A stretch of DNA of 64,000 nt from the human T2T-CHM13v2.0 reference genome, Homo sapiens: assembly GCF_009914755.1 (NCBI RefSeq), contig NC_060947.1; one strand, 5' to 3'. The position numbers and the translations under genes were made by a program. This document shows positions 49,816 to 62,039 of this stretch, piece after piece (within the stretch, counting starts at the first letter, position 1; the number at the start of each line of letters is the position of its first letter). The notes under the pieces were generated by a model. The model saw nothing but the letters and a program-made list of their open reading frames with translations. It was not told where the DNA came from and searched no databases.

Positions 49816-50819
49816 ATATACTTGTATATTTTATACAGTCATTTTAAGCCTTTTTAAGTCATTTTAAGAACTATCCAATAATTCCAATTTTATTGAGAGT
49901 TACTTTTTAGTTGGGAATACATATTTAATGTCATATTTCTTTTCAGCAGTTCTCATATGAATTTTTTCTCTGTTTTCATTGAATATGGTGGAAGAATGGC
50001 AAGGGAAAGAGTAATTCAAATGACTTTATGGAGTAAGTCATGTTGCACAGAGATCTGGAGAATAATTAATATTTCTGGTTTCAAATGGCAGACTAAATAC
50101 ACATGATAGTTTTCCTACCTTCTGACTCCATACCATTTTCTCCGCCAAAGCTAAAATGAGAGGGAGAAAGAGAAAAAGAGAGAGAGAGAGATAAATACTA
50201 GACTCAAAATCAAGAAGATACATCATTAGGGGACTAAAATCTGAGGAATCTCTGCAAAACTGAAAACCAACAAATCAAACTAAATAGGAAAACAGCAGCC
50301 TATGACATGCACAGATTAGGTACCAGGATCTGTTTTCACAAAGGGTAGAAGTTACACAAAGGGTGCTTCACACTTGGAGGTCATGAAATCTGACAAGGGT
50401 GTGGCATAGAAGAAGCCAACAAGGAGATTAAAAGGGTCACTGAAGTGATTGTAGTAGACACACTGGCTAACCTCTGTGCATTCCCCTGCTCTATCCCCAC
50501 TGTGAGTCAGGCAACAGCAATGGGGTTATCTGTCTTCAGGCAGAAGCAGTGCTTGAGTCAGGGAGAGAGAATAGTGTCCCCAGAGGCTGATGACTTCTGG
50601 AAGGAAAGGGGAGTGACCATGTCCTGATTGCCAAATGTTAAAATATCCTACCCATTGACACATTAAAAGCATCTCTATCCATCTTCTACTCTCACTGTAA
50701 AGAGGGCACAAGCCCCAACAGGCACCTCCCAGGGAACTGCATAAACAGAGGCACCAATCTGGCAGGAAATCTCATCAATAAAGGAAACGTAATAATCAAG
50801 AATCACAAAATATTCGAAG

Positions 50820-51650
50820 AACAGCACACACAACCAACTGAAGGATGAGCAAGGTTTTACCAGGCAGTGATAGAAATACATTACAGGCAGAAGGAAATAT
50901 GTGCATGAACAAAGGTATAAGAGTGACAAAGAATAGTATATGTTTCAAATATAGAGCATAGCCTGCCTGAGGACATAAGCTTGAGGGGGTAGCCTGGGCC
51001 AAATTGTAGAGGGTTTCAGATGCCAAGCAGAACCATTTGTGTTTTATCCTGTAGGCAATGAGAATGGAGACAGTGGCAGTTGAGGGGGAGAGTGACATGA
51101 TGACAGCTATGCTTTAGAAAGATTATTCTAATGGGAATATGAAATGCAGATAGAAGTGGAAAGAGTAGAGCCATTTGGGGGGCTGCTGCCACAGAGTAGA
51201 GTAAAAAAGACTGACGTCTGCTTGAGAGCAGTGGCAATAGGAGATGAAAGGAGAGGAAAGAAGTGAGAGATGTAAGATATCTGTAATTGATTAGGTTTAG
51301 GGATTCTGCATTAGGGAGACAAAGGAATCACAGGTAATTTTAAGTTACATGTTTCATGTAACTGAGTTAGGGAACAATAAGATAACTGCATTTGGTTTTT
51401 GTTCATTTTGTCATTGTTATTTTTTGGAGATGAGGAGTTCATTTTGGAAGTTTGAGTTTGAGGTGACTGCAGGATATATCTAAGTGAAAATATTCTATAA
51501 GCAGTTGGAAGTTCAAATCCAAATTTCAAAAGAGAGGCCAAAACTAAGAGACATAGGTTTGAGCAGTATTTTGCAATAGTGGGTTAGATCACTCAATACA
51601 GCGAATGAAGGGAGGAAGGAATGAGGAGATTGAGACAAAGCTTCCAAATA
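50820..51650 (-). mobile_element. L2 fragment
   Basis: ttttatcctgtaggcaatgaga...gctttagaaagattattct...gagttcattttggaagtttgagtttgaggtgactgcagga. Confidence 0.7.
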
Positions 51651-53161
51651 CAGATCAGCTATCTTAGGAACTGACTTGAGCCATTTTTGATAAAGTGCTA
51701 TGTGAAGCAAAATGATTTCATTTTTTTTGTTTTGTTTCTACTAATCAGAACCAAATAAGTTGGCCAAGTGATCGTAGGAGTAACTCACTAGAAACAAAAT
51801 GGTGTGAGAAAGAGTATTTTCTCTCAGCAAATAAAGATGTTTAGGTTGAGTAATGTTGACAAATAAAAAATCACACACAATGTTAGAGTTAAATGTTTAT
51901 TTTGCAGTTGGGGAAATTTAAGTACAAAGAAGTGAAGTGACTCCTCCAAAATCACACAGCTAGTGTCAGAGCAAGACTAGAATTCAGTTCTGCTTTATAG
52001 CCCAGTGATTCATCTTCTCCCACCATCACCACCCCACTAACTCATATACAGCCAACAACTGATATCGTTGATTACTACATTTGATTCCAAGAATTACAAC
52101 CATAATTCAAGGTGTTTGGCAGGGGGCAAGACATCATGAGTCAGGCTGATAGTCTGTCTATTTAATGTGTAGTTAATTGTCAATTACATCCGCAAAAAAG
52201 CAAGCCATGGCAAGGACAGTCCAAACAATGAATACTTTTAAAAATCATTTGTTTTGAATTTAATATGTATTTCAATTTCATGTCATTTAAAGAAAATTAT
52301 GCACACCCAAAATGTTGTCTGCAAAAATACACGTTTGTAAAGTAAATCATTTTTAGTCCCTTATTTATAATACCATTTCTAAGATATATTCTCAGGAAAA
52401 AAAAACATATTGTGTTTTCAAGATAGTCCAATCCTTTTACATGATTAATAAGTCTTTAATGCATGATAAATATAAGAAAAATACTCCTCAGAGCCCATGA
52501 AATCAAATCCATACCCTTTAGCATGCCATTCAAAGTATCCTACCTCAGGGCCCCTACCTAGCTTTCTATATTTGTCTCCCTTTACATGCCTATATCAATC
52601 CTCTCTCCTAATGACACTAAACTATTAGCTCTACCCCAAACATTCAATGTACAATCAACCTTACCTCTATGTCTTTGCTCATACTGTTCCTGGGGTTTAA
52701 AAATGCTTTCTCCACAATCACCTAGCAAAAGTCGTATCTGTTTTTCTAAATCTACCTCAAATTCCACTTCCCTGTGAAGCCTTCCCTGATCACTCCAAAG
52801 GAAGTACTCTCTTCTTCATCTGCACCACCCTCAGGAATAGAGAAGAGAATCTGAGGGCGATCTTGGTGTAGTTTTGGAACACACTTAAAATACTACCTCC
52901 TCTTAAAATGTAGGCTAAATTTGCATTTATTCATATGTCCCTAAAATGTTATGTGCTAGAAATCATGCTCACCATTGAGAATATAATGATAAGAAAAAAA
53001 AAAAAAAAAGAGTCCTTGCTTTCAAGGAGTTCACAATCAAGCTAGAGAGGCAATTAACTAAGCAGGCAATTATAATTAATTTATGATGAGTGCTGAAATA
53101 CGGGTAAGTCAAGGGTGCTACAAGACGGCAGAGGAGAGTCACCAAAACCAACTTTAAGGAG

Positions 53162-54879
53162 TATATTAGTTTGTTCATGCACTGCTATAAAGAAATAAAC
53201 GAAACTTGGTAATTTATAAAGAAAAGTGGTTTAATTGGCTCATGCTTCCACAGGCTGTACAGGAAGCATGTCTGCAGAGGCCTCAGGAAACTTACAATCA
53301 TGGCAGAAGGCAAAGGAGGCAGGCACATCTTACATGGCTAGAGCAGGAAGAGAGCAAGAGGGGAGGTGCTACATCCTTTTAAACAACCATATCTCATGAT
53401 AGCACTAGAGAGATGGTGCTAAACCATTAGAAACTGCCTCCATGATCCAATTACCTCCAACCAGGCCCCACCTCTAACATTGGAAATTACAATTAACCAC
53501 GGGATTTGGGTGGGGACAAAAATCCAAGCCATATCATTCTGCCCCTGGCCCCTCCAAAATATCATTTCCTTCTCACATTTCAAAATACTATCAGGCCTTC
53601 ACAACAGTCCCCCAAAGTCTTAAGTTATACCACAATTAACTCAAAATTCCAAAGTCTCACCTGAGACAGGGCAAGTCCCTTCTACAATGGGGATACAGGA
53701 AATGGGTAAATATTCCCTTTCCAAAAGGGAGAAATTGGTCTCAAGAAAGGTATTACAGGCCCCATGCAAGTCCAAAACCAGCAGGGCAGTCATTAAATCT
53801 TAAAGCTCCAAAATAATCTCCTTTAATTCCATGTCTCACATCCAGGTCACACTGATGCAAGGAGTGGACCCCCAAGGCCTTGGAAACTCCACCCCTGTAG
53901 CTCTACAGGGATCAGCCACCACAGCTGCTCTCAAGGGCTGGTGTTGGGTGCCTGTGACTTTTCCAGGCACACAGTACAAGTTGTTGGTGGATCTATCATT
54001 CTGGGGTCTGGAGGATAGTGGCCCTCTTCTCACAGCTCCACTAGGCAGTACCCCAGTGAGGACTTTGTGAGGGGGCTCCAACCCCACATTTCCTTTCTGT
54101 ACTGCCCAAGTAGAGGTTCTCCATGAAGGCTCCACCTTAGCAGCAGACTTTTGCTGGGACATTCAGGCTTTTCCATACATCTTCTGAAATCTAGGTGAAG
54201 GTTCCCAAGCCTCAACTCTTGCACTCTGTGCACCTGCAGGCTTAACACCACATGGAAGTCACCAAAGCTTAACGATTTACACCCTCTGAAGCAACAGCCA
54301 GAGTACCTGGGCCCATTTGAGCCACAGCCAGAGTTGGAGCTGCCAGGATGCCAGGAGCAGTGTCCTAAGGGACTGTTCTTCCCTCCTAGGCCTCAGGGCC
54401 TGTGATAGGAGGGCCTGCTGTGGAGGACTCTGAAAAGCCTTCTGGGCCTTTTCCCCATTGTCTTGGCAATTAGTACTTGCCTTCCTTTTACTTATGCAAT
54501 TAGTCTGGTCTCACACTGCTGTAAAGAAATACCTGAAACTGGGTAATTTATTTTAAAAAAAGAGAGATTTAATTGGTTTATGGTTCTACAGGCTGTACAG
54601 GAAGCATGCCTGGGAAAGTCTCAGGAAACTTACAATCACGGCAGAAAGTAAAAGAGATGCAGGCACATTTTACATGGCTGGAGCAGGAGAAAGAGAGCAA
54701 GGGGGGAGATATTATATGCTTTTAAACAACCAAATCTCATGATGGCACTAGGGGGATGGTGCTAAACCATTAGAAACCGCCTCCATGATCCAATCACCTC
54801 CCATCAGGCCCTACTCCCAACACCGGGGATTACAATTTGACATGAGATTTGGGCAGGGATACAAATCCAAACCATATCA
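53162..54879 (-). mobile_element. MSTA-like MaLR provirus: LTR 53162-53536, deleted internal region, LTR ~54499-54879; inserted in L2
   Basis: Two similar LTRs (gatggtgctaaaccattagaaac in both); MST-int between; near-TSD aggag (53157-53161) / gggag (54880-54884). Confidence 0.95.
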
Positions 54880-54884
54880 GGGAG

Positions 54885-56070
54885 TGAGTAGTCTTCATGG
54901 AAGAAGTGGCACTTGAGATGGAATCTTAAGGATGAGTAGAAATTATCTAGACAAAGTGGTGACCATCTGGGAATGGCAAGAGATGAAACTGGAGAGATAG
55001 GCACTGTCAAGATCCTGCAGGGCTTTATCGACCCTGATATGGAGTGTTGATTTTATTTACAAAGCAAGAGCAAAGAAGAGTAATAAGGCTTTAAAGCAGA
55101 TAATGCTATGATTTGATTTTCATTTTTTTAAGGACAGTTTTGGCTACTGAATTGAGAATGGATTGGGAGAAAAGTAGGATAAGAGTAGAAGTAGGGAGAT
55201 CACTTAGGAGGCTCTATAGTAGTTAAGGCAAGAGAGAATGGTAGTTTAGTTTAGAGTGGTAGCCTTGGCCATTAGTGCCAAACTAAGGAGGTATCCAGGG
55301 AGACAGTAGAAAGTGGACAGTTTCAAAGGTATTAAATAAGTACAACCTAAAAGACTTGAGGACTGATTGAATGGGAATGGGACTGCTGAGAGTGAGTAGA
55401 GGCTCCAGTGAGAAACACTATTTAGTCTCCCCATCAAGGGTGGAAAAGATAAAAACCTTTACATAGAACTTGTACTGATATGTAGTTTAGTCAGGGTTGC
55501 CCCTCCCTCCATTCAGATTGCCTTGCCCTGGTAATATTTTATAGACATCACTCCCTGTTATCAGGCATGAATGTAAGGTGGGCATAGTGAAGGAGAGGGA
55601 AAAATGAAGGATTATTCCCAAGTTTCCAGGTAGGACCACTGGATAGCACTTATTGAGATAAGAAACATAGGAAAATAAGGTCAGGGTAAGAAGTGAGGAA
55701 AGATGATTTTGGTTTGATGTGTACTGAGTTTGAGGACCCTGTAACACTTGGCACTGCATCTAGCATCCAGGGGAAGTTCAATTAATATTTGTGAAAAATA
55801 CTGAAATTAAAGAGACAAGTAGAAGAAAATGAAATAATTAAGTAGATTGAGAAAAGTTGCCAGAAAGCTTGGAGAAAAACCAAGATATGTAATTTTTGCA
55901 GAAGTCAAAGGTAGAAACTATTCTGAGATCAAAGTCCTATAAACAGAGTCAAATGCTTCCAAGAGGTAAATAAGAGAATTGGAAATGATCCATTCAATTT
56001 GTCAACAAAAAGTTCTTGGTGACCCCTGTAAGGGCAGTTTCAAGTAGCATGAGTATGAAAGCGAAATTTG
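54885..56070 (-). mobile_element. L2 remnant (continuing 52930-53160)
   Basis: gtcttcatggaagaagtggcacttgagatgg...ttggtgacccctgtaagggcagtttca. Confidence 0.7.
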
Positions 56071-56097
56071 AACATGTTTAAAAATAAATGTTTGTGG

Positions 56098-57950
56098 AAC
56101 TTCCACTTCTGGCCAAGATGGAATAGCAGGGACTAAGCTTACTCCCCTGCCTGAAACAACTAACAAAAAGGAACAAAATATATGAAACAATAGTTTTCAG
56201 ACACTAAGCATCAAGCAACAAAAAACAATATTTACTGAGATAAAGGCAATAAATGATCTTTAATTATAGTTGGGATCTATAATATCTCCCTCTCAGCAAC
56301 TGATAAAACTACTAAACAGAATATCAGCAAAGATAGAGAAGAAATAATAACATATAATCAGCATAGGACATCCCACCCAACAACAGAAAAATACATATTC
56401 TGTTCAAGTATACATGGAACTAACAAAAAGGGACAAAATATATGAAACAATAGTTTTCAGACACTGAACATCAAGCAACAAACAACAATATTTATTGAGA
56501 GATAGGAAACAAATGATGTGATCTTTAATTATAGTTGGGATCTATAATATCTACTTCTCAGCAACTGATATAGAACTACCAGGCAGAATATCAGCAAGGA
56601 TAGATAAGAAATAATAACATATAATCAGCATAGGACATTCCACCCAACAACAGAAGAATACACATTCTGTTCAAGTATACATGGAACATTTTATCATGAT
56701 AGACAATAATCTGGGCCATAAAACAAGTCTCAATAAATTTAAAATTATTTAAGTCACATAAAGAATATTCTTTGATCACAATGAAATTAAGTTACAAATC
56801 AATAGCAGAAAAACCTCTGGAAAATTGCAATTTTTTTGGAAACTAAACAACACACTTATAAATCATGAATAATTAAAACATCAAAAGGGAAAATAGAAAG
56901 TATTTTGAATTTAATAACAATAAAAACACAGCTTATAAACACTTGTAGGATGCAGCTAATATGGTACTTACCAGGAGATTTATAGCACTAAATAAATATA
57001 TTTGAGTATAAGAAATGTCTTCCATCTATGAAACTAGAAAAAAAGCAAATGTAACCTAAAATAAACAGAAGAAATGAAATAATAAAAATCAGAGTTGAAA
57101 TCTATGAAATAAATAAAGAAAAACAATAGAGAAAAATCAGTGAAGTCAAAAACTGGTTCTTTGAGAAAATCAATAAAATTGATAAATATATAGCCAGGCT
57201 GTATAGGAAAAATGAGAAGAAACAAATTATCAATATCAGGAATGAGAGTGGTAACATCACTACCAATTCTACAATTATTAAAAAGCTATTAATATTATAA
57301 ACAACTTTGGCTAATAAATATTACAGCAGATGAAACTGACAAATTTCTTACAAGAAAGAAACTACTCAAAACGGCTCAAACAGATACTATTATTACTCAA
57401 GGATAGATAACCTAAAAAGCCCTATATCTATTTTTTAAATTGAATTTATAGTTTAAAACTTGCCCAGAAAGAAAACTCCAGGCCCAGATGGTTTCACTAA
57501 AGAATTCTATCAAACATTTAAATTCAATACAGACTCTTCTTGAAAATTAAAAAGGAAGAAATATTTCCAACACATTCTATAAGGCCAGCATTACTGTTAC
57601 CAAAATATAACAAAGACATTACAAGAAAAGAAAACTATAGACCAATATCCATCATGAACAGATATGTTCTTAACAAAATTTGATGGTGCAAACTCAACAA
57701 TGTATAAAGGGATACTACATCATGACCAAGTGGCTCAATAGTTATCCTATTATTACAAGGTTAGTTTAGTATTTGAAAATCAATCAAAATAACTCATCAT
57801 ATTAATAGGCTAAAAAACCATATGATCATCTTAAAAGGTACCGAAAACACACTGGACAAAATCTAACATCCATTCCCCCAAAAAATTTTGGCAAGTTTTG
57901 CAGAAGGGAATTTCTATAACCCAATAAAGGGCATCTGCAAACAATCTACT
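56098..57950 (+). mobile_element. Ancient L1M (L1MC/L1M4-like): 5' end joined to ORF2 EN/RT remnants
   Basis: acttccacttctggccaagatgg 5' end; aagaaaactccaggcccagatggtttcactaaagaattctatcaaacatttaa (KKTPGPDGFTKEFYQTF). Confidence 0.85.
56158..56684 (+). repeat. Direct tandem duplication, 260 bp + 267 bp
   Basis: Both copies run aactaacaaaaagg...ttctgttcaagtatacatgg (56158-56417; 56418-56684). Confidence 0.95.
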
Positions 57951-58019
57951 GATATACACCGTGACATGGATGAATCTCAAAAATGTTACGCTTTGTGAAA
58001 GTCAGATATATAAGAATAA

Positions 58020-58538
58020 AAAAAATGCTAACTCATAAAACTCAATAGCCAAAAAAGTCCCCAAATAACCCAATTAGGAGATAGGCAAAGAACCTGAAGA
58101 AACATTTTTCCAAAGAAGACATACAAATGGCCAATAGGTATATGAAAAGATGCTCAACATTACTAATCATTAGAGAAATGCAAATCAAAACCATAGTGAT
58201 ATATTTTCTTATCCCAGTTAGAATGACCAGTATCAAAAAGACAAGATATAAAGAATGTTGTTGTGAAGAAAAGGGAACTCTTGTAAATTGTGGGTGGGAG
58301 TGTAAATTGGTACAAACATTATGGAAAACAGTATGAAAATTCCTTAAAAATTAAAAATATAACTACCATATGATCCAACAATCCCACTTCTGCATATATT
58401 TTCTAAGGAAATTAAATTGATATTTTGTAGCAATATCTATACTCCTATGTTTATCACAGCATTATTCACAATAGTCAAGATACGGAAACAATCAGTGTCC
58501 ATTGGTGGATGAATGGATAAAGAAAATTTGGTATATAT

Positions 58539-58574
<36 letters not shown>

Positions 58575-59050
58575 TGTAGCAGAATATTAGTCAGCCTCAA
58601 AAAAAGAAGAAAATTCTGTCATTTGTGACAATTTGGATGACTCTGGAGAACATTATGCTAAGTGATGTAAGCCAAACACAGAAAGACGAATATTGTATGG
58701 TCTCACTAATATGTCTAAAAAAGTTGAACTCACAGAAGCAGAGAGTAGAATGGTGGTTGCCAAATGCTGGGGGCAGGAGTGAGGGGAGGGAAGAGGGAGA
58801 TGTTAGCCAAAGGGTACAAACTTTCAGTTATAAGACAAATAAGTTCTGAAGATCTAATGTAATGCATGGTGATTACATTTAAATTTGCTAAGACAGTAGA
58901 TCTGAAGTACTCTTACCACAAAAAAGGTAACTCTGAGCACAATGTGTATGCATACCAAATCATCATGTTGCACATCTTAAATTTATGTAATTTTTATGTG
59001 TCAATTATACCCCAATCAAGAGGAATAAAAATTATCTGAAAAGAAAATAA
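58020..59050 (+). mobile_element. L1MA-type 3' region (contains (TG)n 58542-58577), nested in an older L1M 3' end (57950-58020, 59050-59400)
   Basis: ORF 58127-58336 [22 protein letters not shown] is ORF2 C-terminal sequence; 3'UTR gggtacaaactttcagttataagacaaataagttctg. Confidence 0.85.
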
Positions 59051-59096
59051 ATTAAAAATTGTAAGGTACACATTATACTCGATTGATAGTAACCTG

Positions 59097-59217
59097 CCCC
59101 CCCCCCCAAAAAAATTAATCTATAGCAACAAAAAGAATATTAGAGTTTTTCTGGGGTTCCCCCCCCCAAAAAACATTAATCTATAGCAACAAAAAGAATA
59201 TTAGAGTTTTTCTGGGG
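59097..59217 (+). repeat. Near-perfect ~60-bp tandem duplication
   Basis: Cn-An-ttaatctatagcaacaaaaagaatattagagtttttctgggg occurs twice (59097-59156; 59159-59217). Confidence 0.97.
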
Positions 59218-59571
59218 CTGAGAGGTAGAAAATTAACTAGGAAGAGGCAATTGACTTTTGGGGTGATGAAAGTGTTCTATAGCATGATTGTGATGATGGG
59301 TACATAGGTTTATGAATTCTTCAGAACTCATTAAATGTACACTTAAAATGTGTGCATTTTATTGTATGTAAATTACACTTCAATAAAGTTTAAAGTAAAA
59401 ACTAAGTGCAGCTGAGGAAGTATAGATGGTAAGCTCACCCTATTTGATAAATTTTGGCTAAGAAGCACAATATGGGATTGAAGGATTATTTTTGTTGTGT
59501 TTTACAGTAAGAAGGCAACTTGAGATTGATTAAAAACTGATAAGAAAAGAGGGAGAGATTGAAGACATATA

Positions 59572-59647
59572 TTTTTTATTTTTATTTTTTATTATACTTT
59601 AAGTTCTAGGGTACATGTGCACAACGTGCAGGTTTGTTACATATGTA
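59572..59647 (-). mobile_element. L1PA4/5-like extreme 3' tip (~75 bp with tail)
   Basis: ttattatactttaagttctagggtacatgtgcacaacgtgcaggtttgttacatatgta. Confidence 0.9.
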
Positions 59648-60729
59648 GTAGCCTTCTATAGTACCGCCATCTTTTACAGCAATCCACATATCATGCTTCC
59701 CTAATAGATAGGAGTACCTTATAATCAGAAGTGTTAAGGTTTGAAAATATTTGCAAGGATATATACATTTTCAACTAGAAATTTCAAGCAGGTCAGAAGT
59801 TTGTCTCTGGGCAGCATATGTGAAATACTCTACCTTCTAGCAAACTTTGATCAGTTACCTAGGATCAATTACTGCCTGGAAGTGGAGAGTCACCCAATCT
59901 TCCCCTGCTTTTGATACGACTGCCTTTTAGGTAACTAATGTTAGCTACCAACTTCTCCCTATACTTGTATGGATGTTTGAGGCAAAATTTCAGACTTGCA
60001 TTAAATATTTTTTAACTATCAAGTAAGATTTACTCCATTGTAAGTGTTATTTTTCCAGTTTGTATTTAAAACTCTTGTACACTTTACCAACCAACTTTTG
60101 GACTGATTTGAACGCTGGAAACAGTTTATTTTGGTTACTCAGAATAGACTCATTTTCTAAATGTATTTTAATTATCATTATCTATATATGGGAAATAACC
60201 CAAATAAGATCTGCAATAAAATAGAAGCTACCCATGTCAAAACCCAAAGAAGTGATTCAAATGTTGGAGACTTTAGATGCTTTGGTGTGTCAATGAGGTA
60301 AAGGATTCAGGAGAGAAATGGGCTTTAAGTACTAGGTGCATTTTCATAAATTGCTGTCATGGCATTGCCCTTGGTATCTTAAACATGAGAGAGTGGAGCA
60401 AAACAAACACCAGTGCTGTCTTTTTAACAAAAGAAATAAAATGGCAGATACATTTTCAAAGAGATTTTATCACATCTATCCTAAATTCTATCCTCAAAGT
60501 TAGAGGCAATAGTTCCCATATTCTCACTCCAGCAAGCTTCTCCCTGTGGCTTCTAGTAAATAAAAACATGTATATATCATTTGTTATCACAGGAAAATAG
60601 GTTACTCATGTCCTATTAATAGAGTAAGTTCCTTTTCTTAGTAGAAATAATGGAGATACACTACAACATCTTTACCTTCTTTCCTGATCCCTTTGATGCC
60701 CCATAATACATATATCTGAGGTAGCTAGC

Positions 60730-60970
60730 CAAGGTCAGGGGCTCAACCTATGGCTGGGTTTAAGAGCTCAACCTATGACAAGGATTAGAGGTCAGCCTAT
60801 GATCAGGATTAGGACCTCAGCCTCTGGCCAATGATAGGGTTCTACCTGTGACCAGGTTTGAGTTTTTTTCTGGGATTAAGGCTAGGCTCAGGCTGAGACT
60901 ATACATAAGGTTAAAGCTTATGCCCTGGGTTCCATCTGTAGCTGGGGAACAGAGTTAAGCCATGAGACCC
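60730..60970 (+). repeat. Degenerate ~24-25-bp tandem array
   Basis: At least five units resembling caggRttagRgNtcagcctRtgRc. Confidence 0.75.
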
Positions 60971-61618
60971 AAATTAGAAGAAACCCACTACCTTGGTTCT
61001 ATTGCCACAGGGTTTTGACCAGCTAAGTTAACCAACCAGAGTCTGCTTTGGAAGCAGGCATGCGAGAGTACCCAGAGAGACACCAGTTGTGGGTCCTTCA
61101 ACTACTGCTGACAATTAGCTGAGAAAGTCATTTCCTCTCACCATGCTTCCCATTACCCATTCTTCCAAGTGTGGAACCTGATCATTATTTCTCACCATGG
61201 GACAAGGAGCTAGGGTGAGAGGAAGGCAAGGAAGGGGAAATGAGCTTTGAATTAACATTTGCTGTTGTTTTCTCTCTTGTCCTACTAACCTCTGTCTCTT
61301 ATTGAAAACAAAGCCAAGCTTCCAATTTTATCCCTCCGGGTATCAGTTTCTTTCTGTTGCTCTTACCCATAATTTGAGTACTTATTGGTTTTTTTGAAAT
61401 TGAATATTTCCATTGGCCCCTATACTAGACTAATTGATTCATTTCTCTCTATCTGTTGTTTGCATGCCTTCTTGACGCTCCTCCCTATGTGAACACTTCT
61501 ATGTGTATATACACAATTTGCCATCTGAAGTATTAAGATTTGAAAATATTTGCAATATCTGGACTTCTAACTAGCAATTTCATAAAAGCCAAGAAGTACA
61601 CACACTGCTGTTTCAGGA

Positions 61619-61643
61619 TGTCTTAGTTTTTTGTTTGGTTTTG

Positions 61644-61674
<31 letters not shown>

Positions 61675-62039
61675 TTGCTGCTGTAACGGAATACCACAAA
61701 CTGGGTATTTTATAATGAACAGAAATGTATTGGCTCACGGTTCTGGAAAGTCCAATATAAAGGTGCCAGCTTCTGGTGAGGGCCTTCTTGCTGCATAATA
61801 ACATGGCAGAAGGCGTCACATGGTGCAAGGGCCAAAAAAAGAAAGAGATCAAGGAGGAGCAAACTAATTCCTGTGATAACAATAGCAAACCCACTCCTGT
61901 GATAATGGCATTAGTTCATTCATGAGGAAGGAGCCATCATGATTAAACACCTCTTAAAGGTCACATATCCCAATACTGTCACAATGGCAATTAAATTTCA
62001 ACATGAATTTTGGAGGGGACAAACATTTAAATCATAGTA
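61619..62039 (-). mobile_element. MaLR solo LTR, MSTB-like, with (GTTTT)n expansion near its left end
   Basis: tgtcttagt...gctgctgtaacggaataccacaaactgggt...aaacatttaaatcatagta. Confidence 0.85.

Larger units (their letters stand above)
47395..49990 (-). mobile_element. Ancient L1M fragments (host of the THE1 element)
   Basis: caataccacttgttgaataatccatcttttc...tatatatttgggtctattttt; T-rich reverse ORF2-like sequence on both sides of THE1. Confidence 0.75.

Noticed and set aside
48355-54251. Clusters of overlapping 60-130-aa ORFs at 48.3-49.9 kb and 53.8-54.3 kb
   Set aside because: All lie within THE1/MST LTR and internal sequence, or L2 in between; no recognisable protein domains.
56158-60970. 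Direct repeats as a CRISPR-like array
   Set aside because: Eukaryotic context, no unique spacers between identical repeats and no cas genes; these are tandem duplications or minisatellites.
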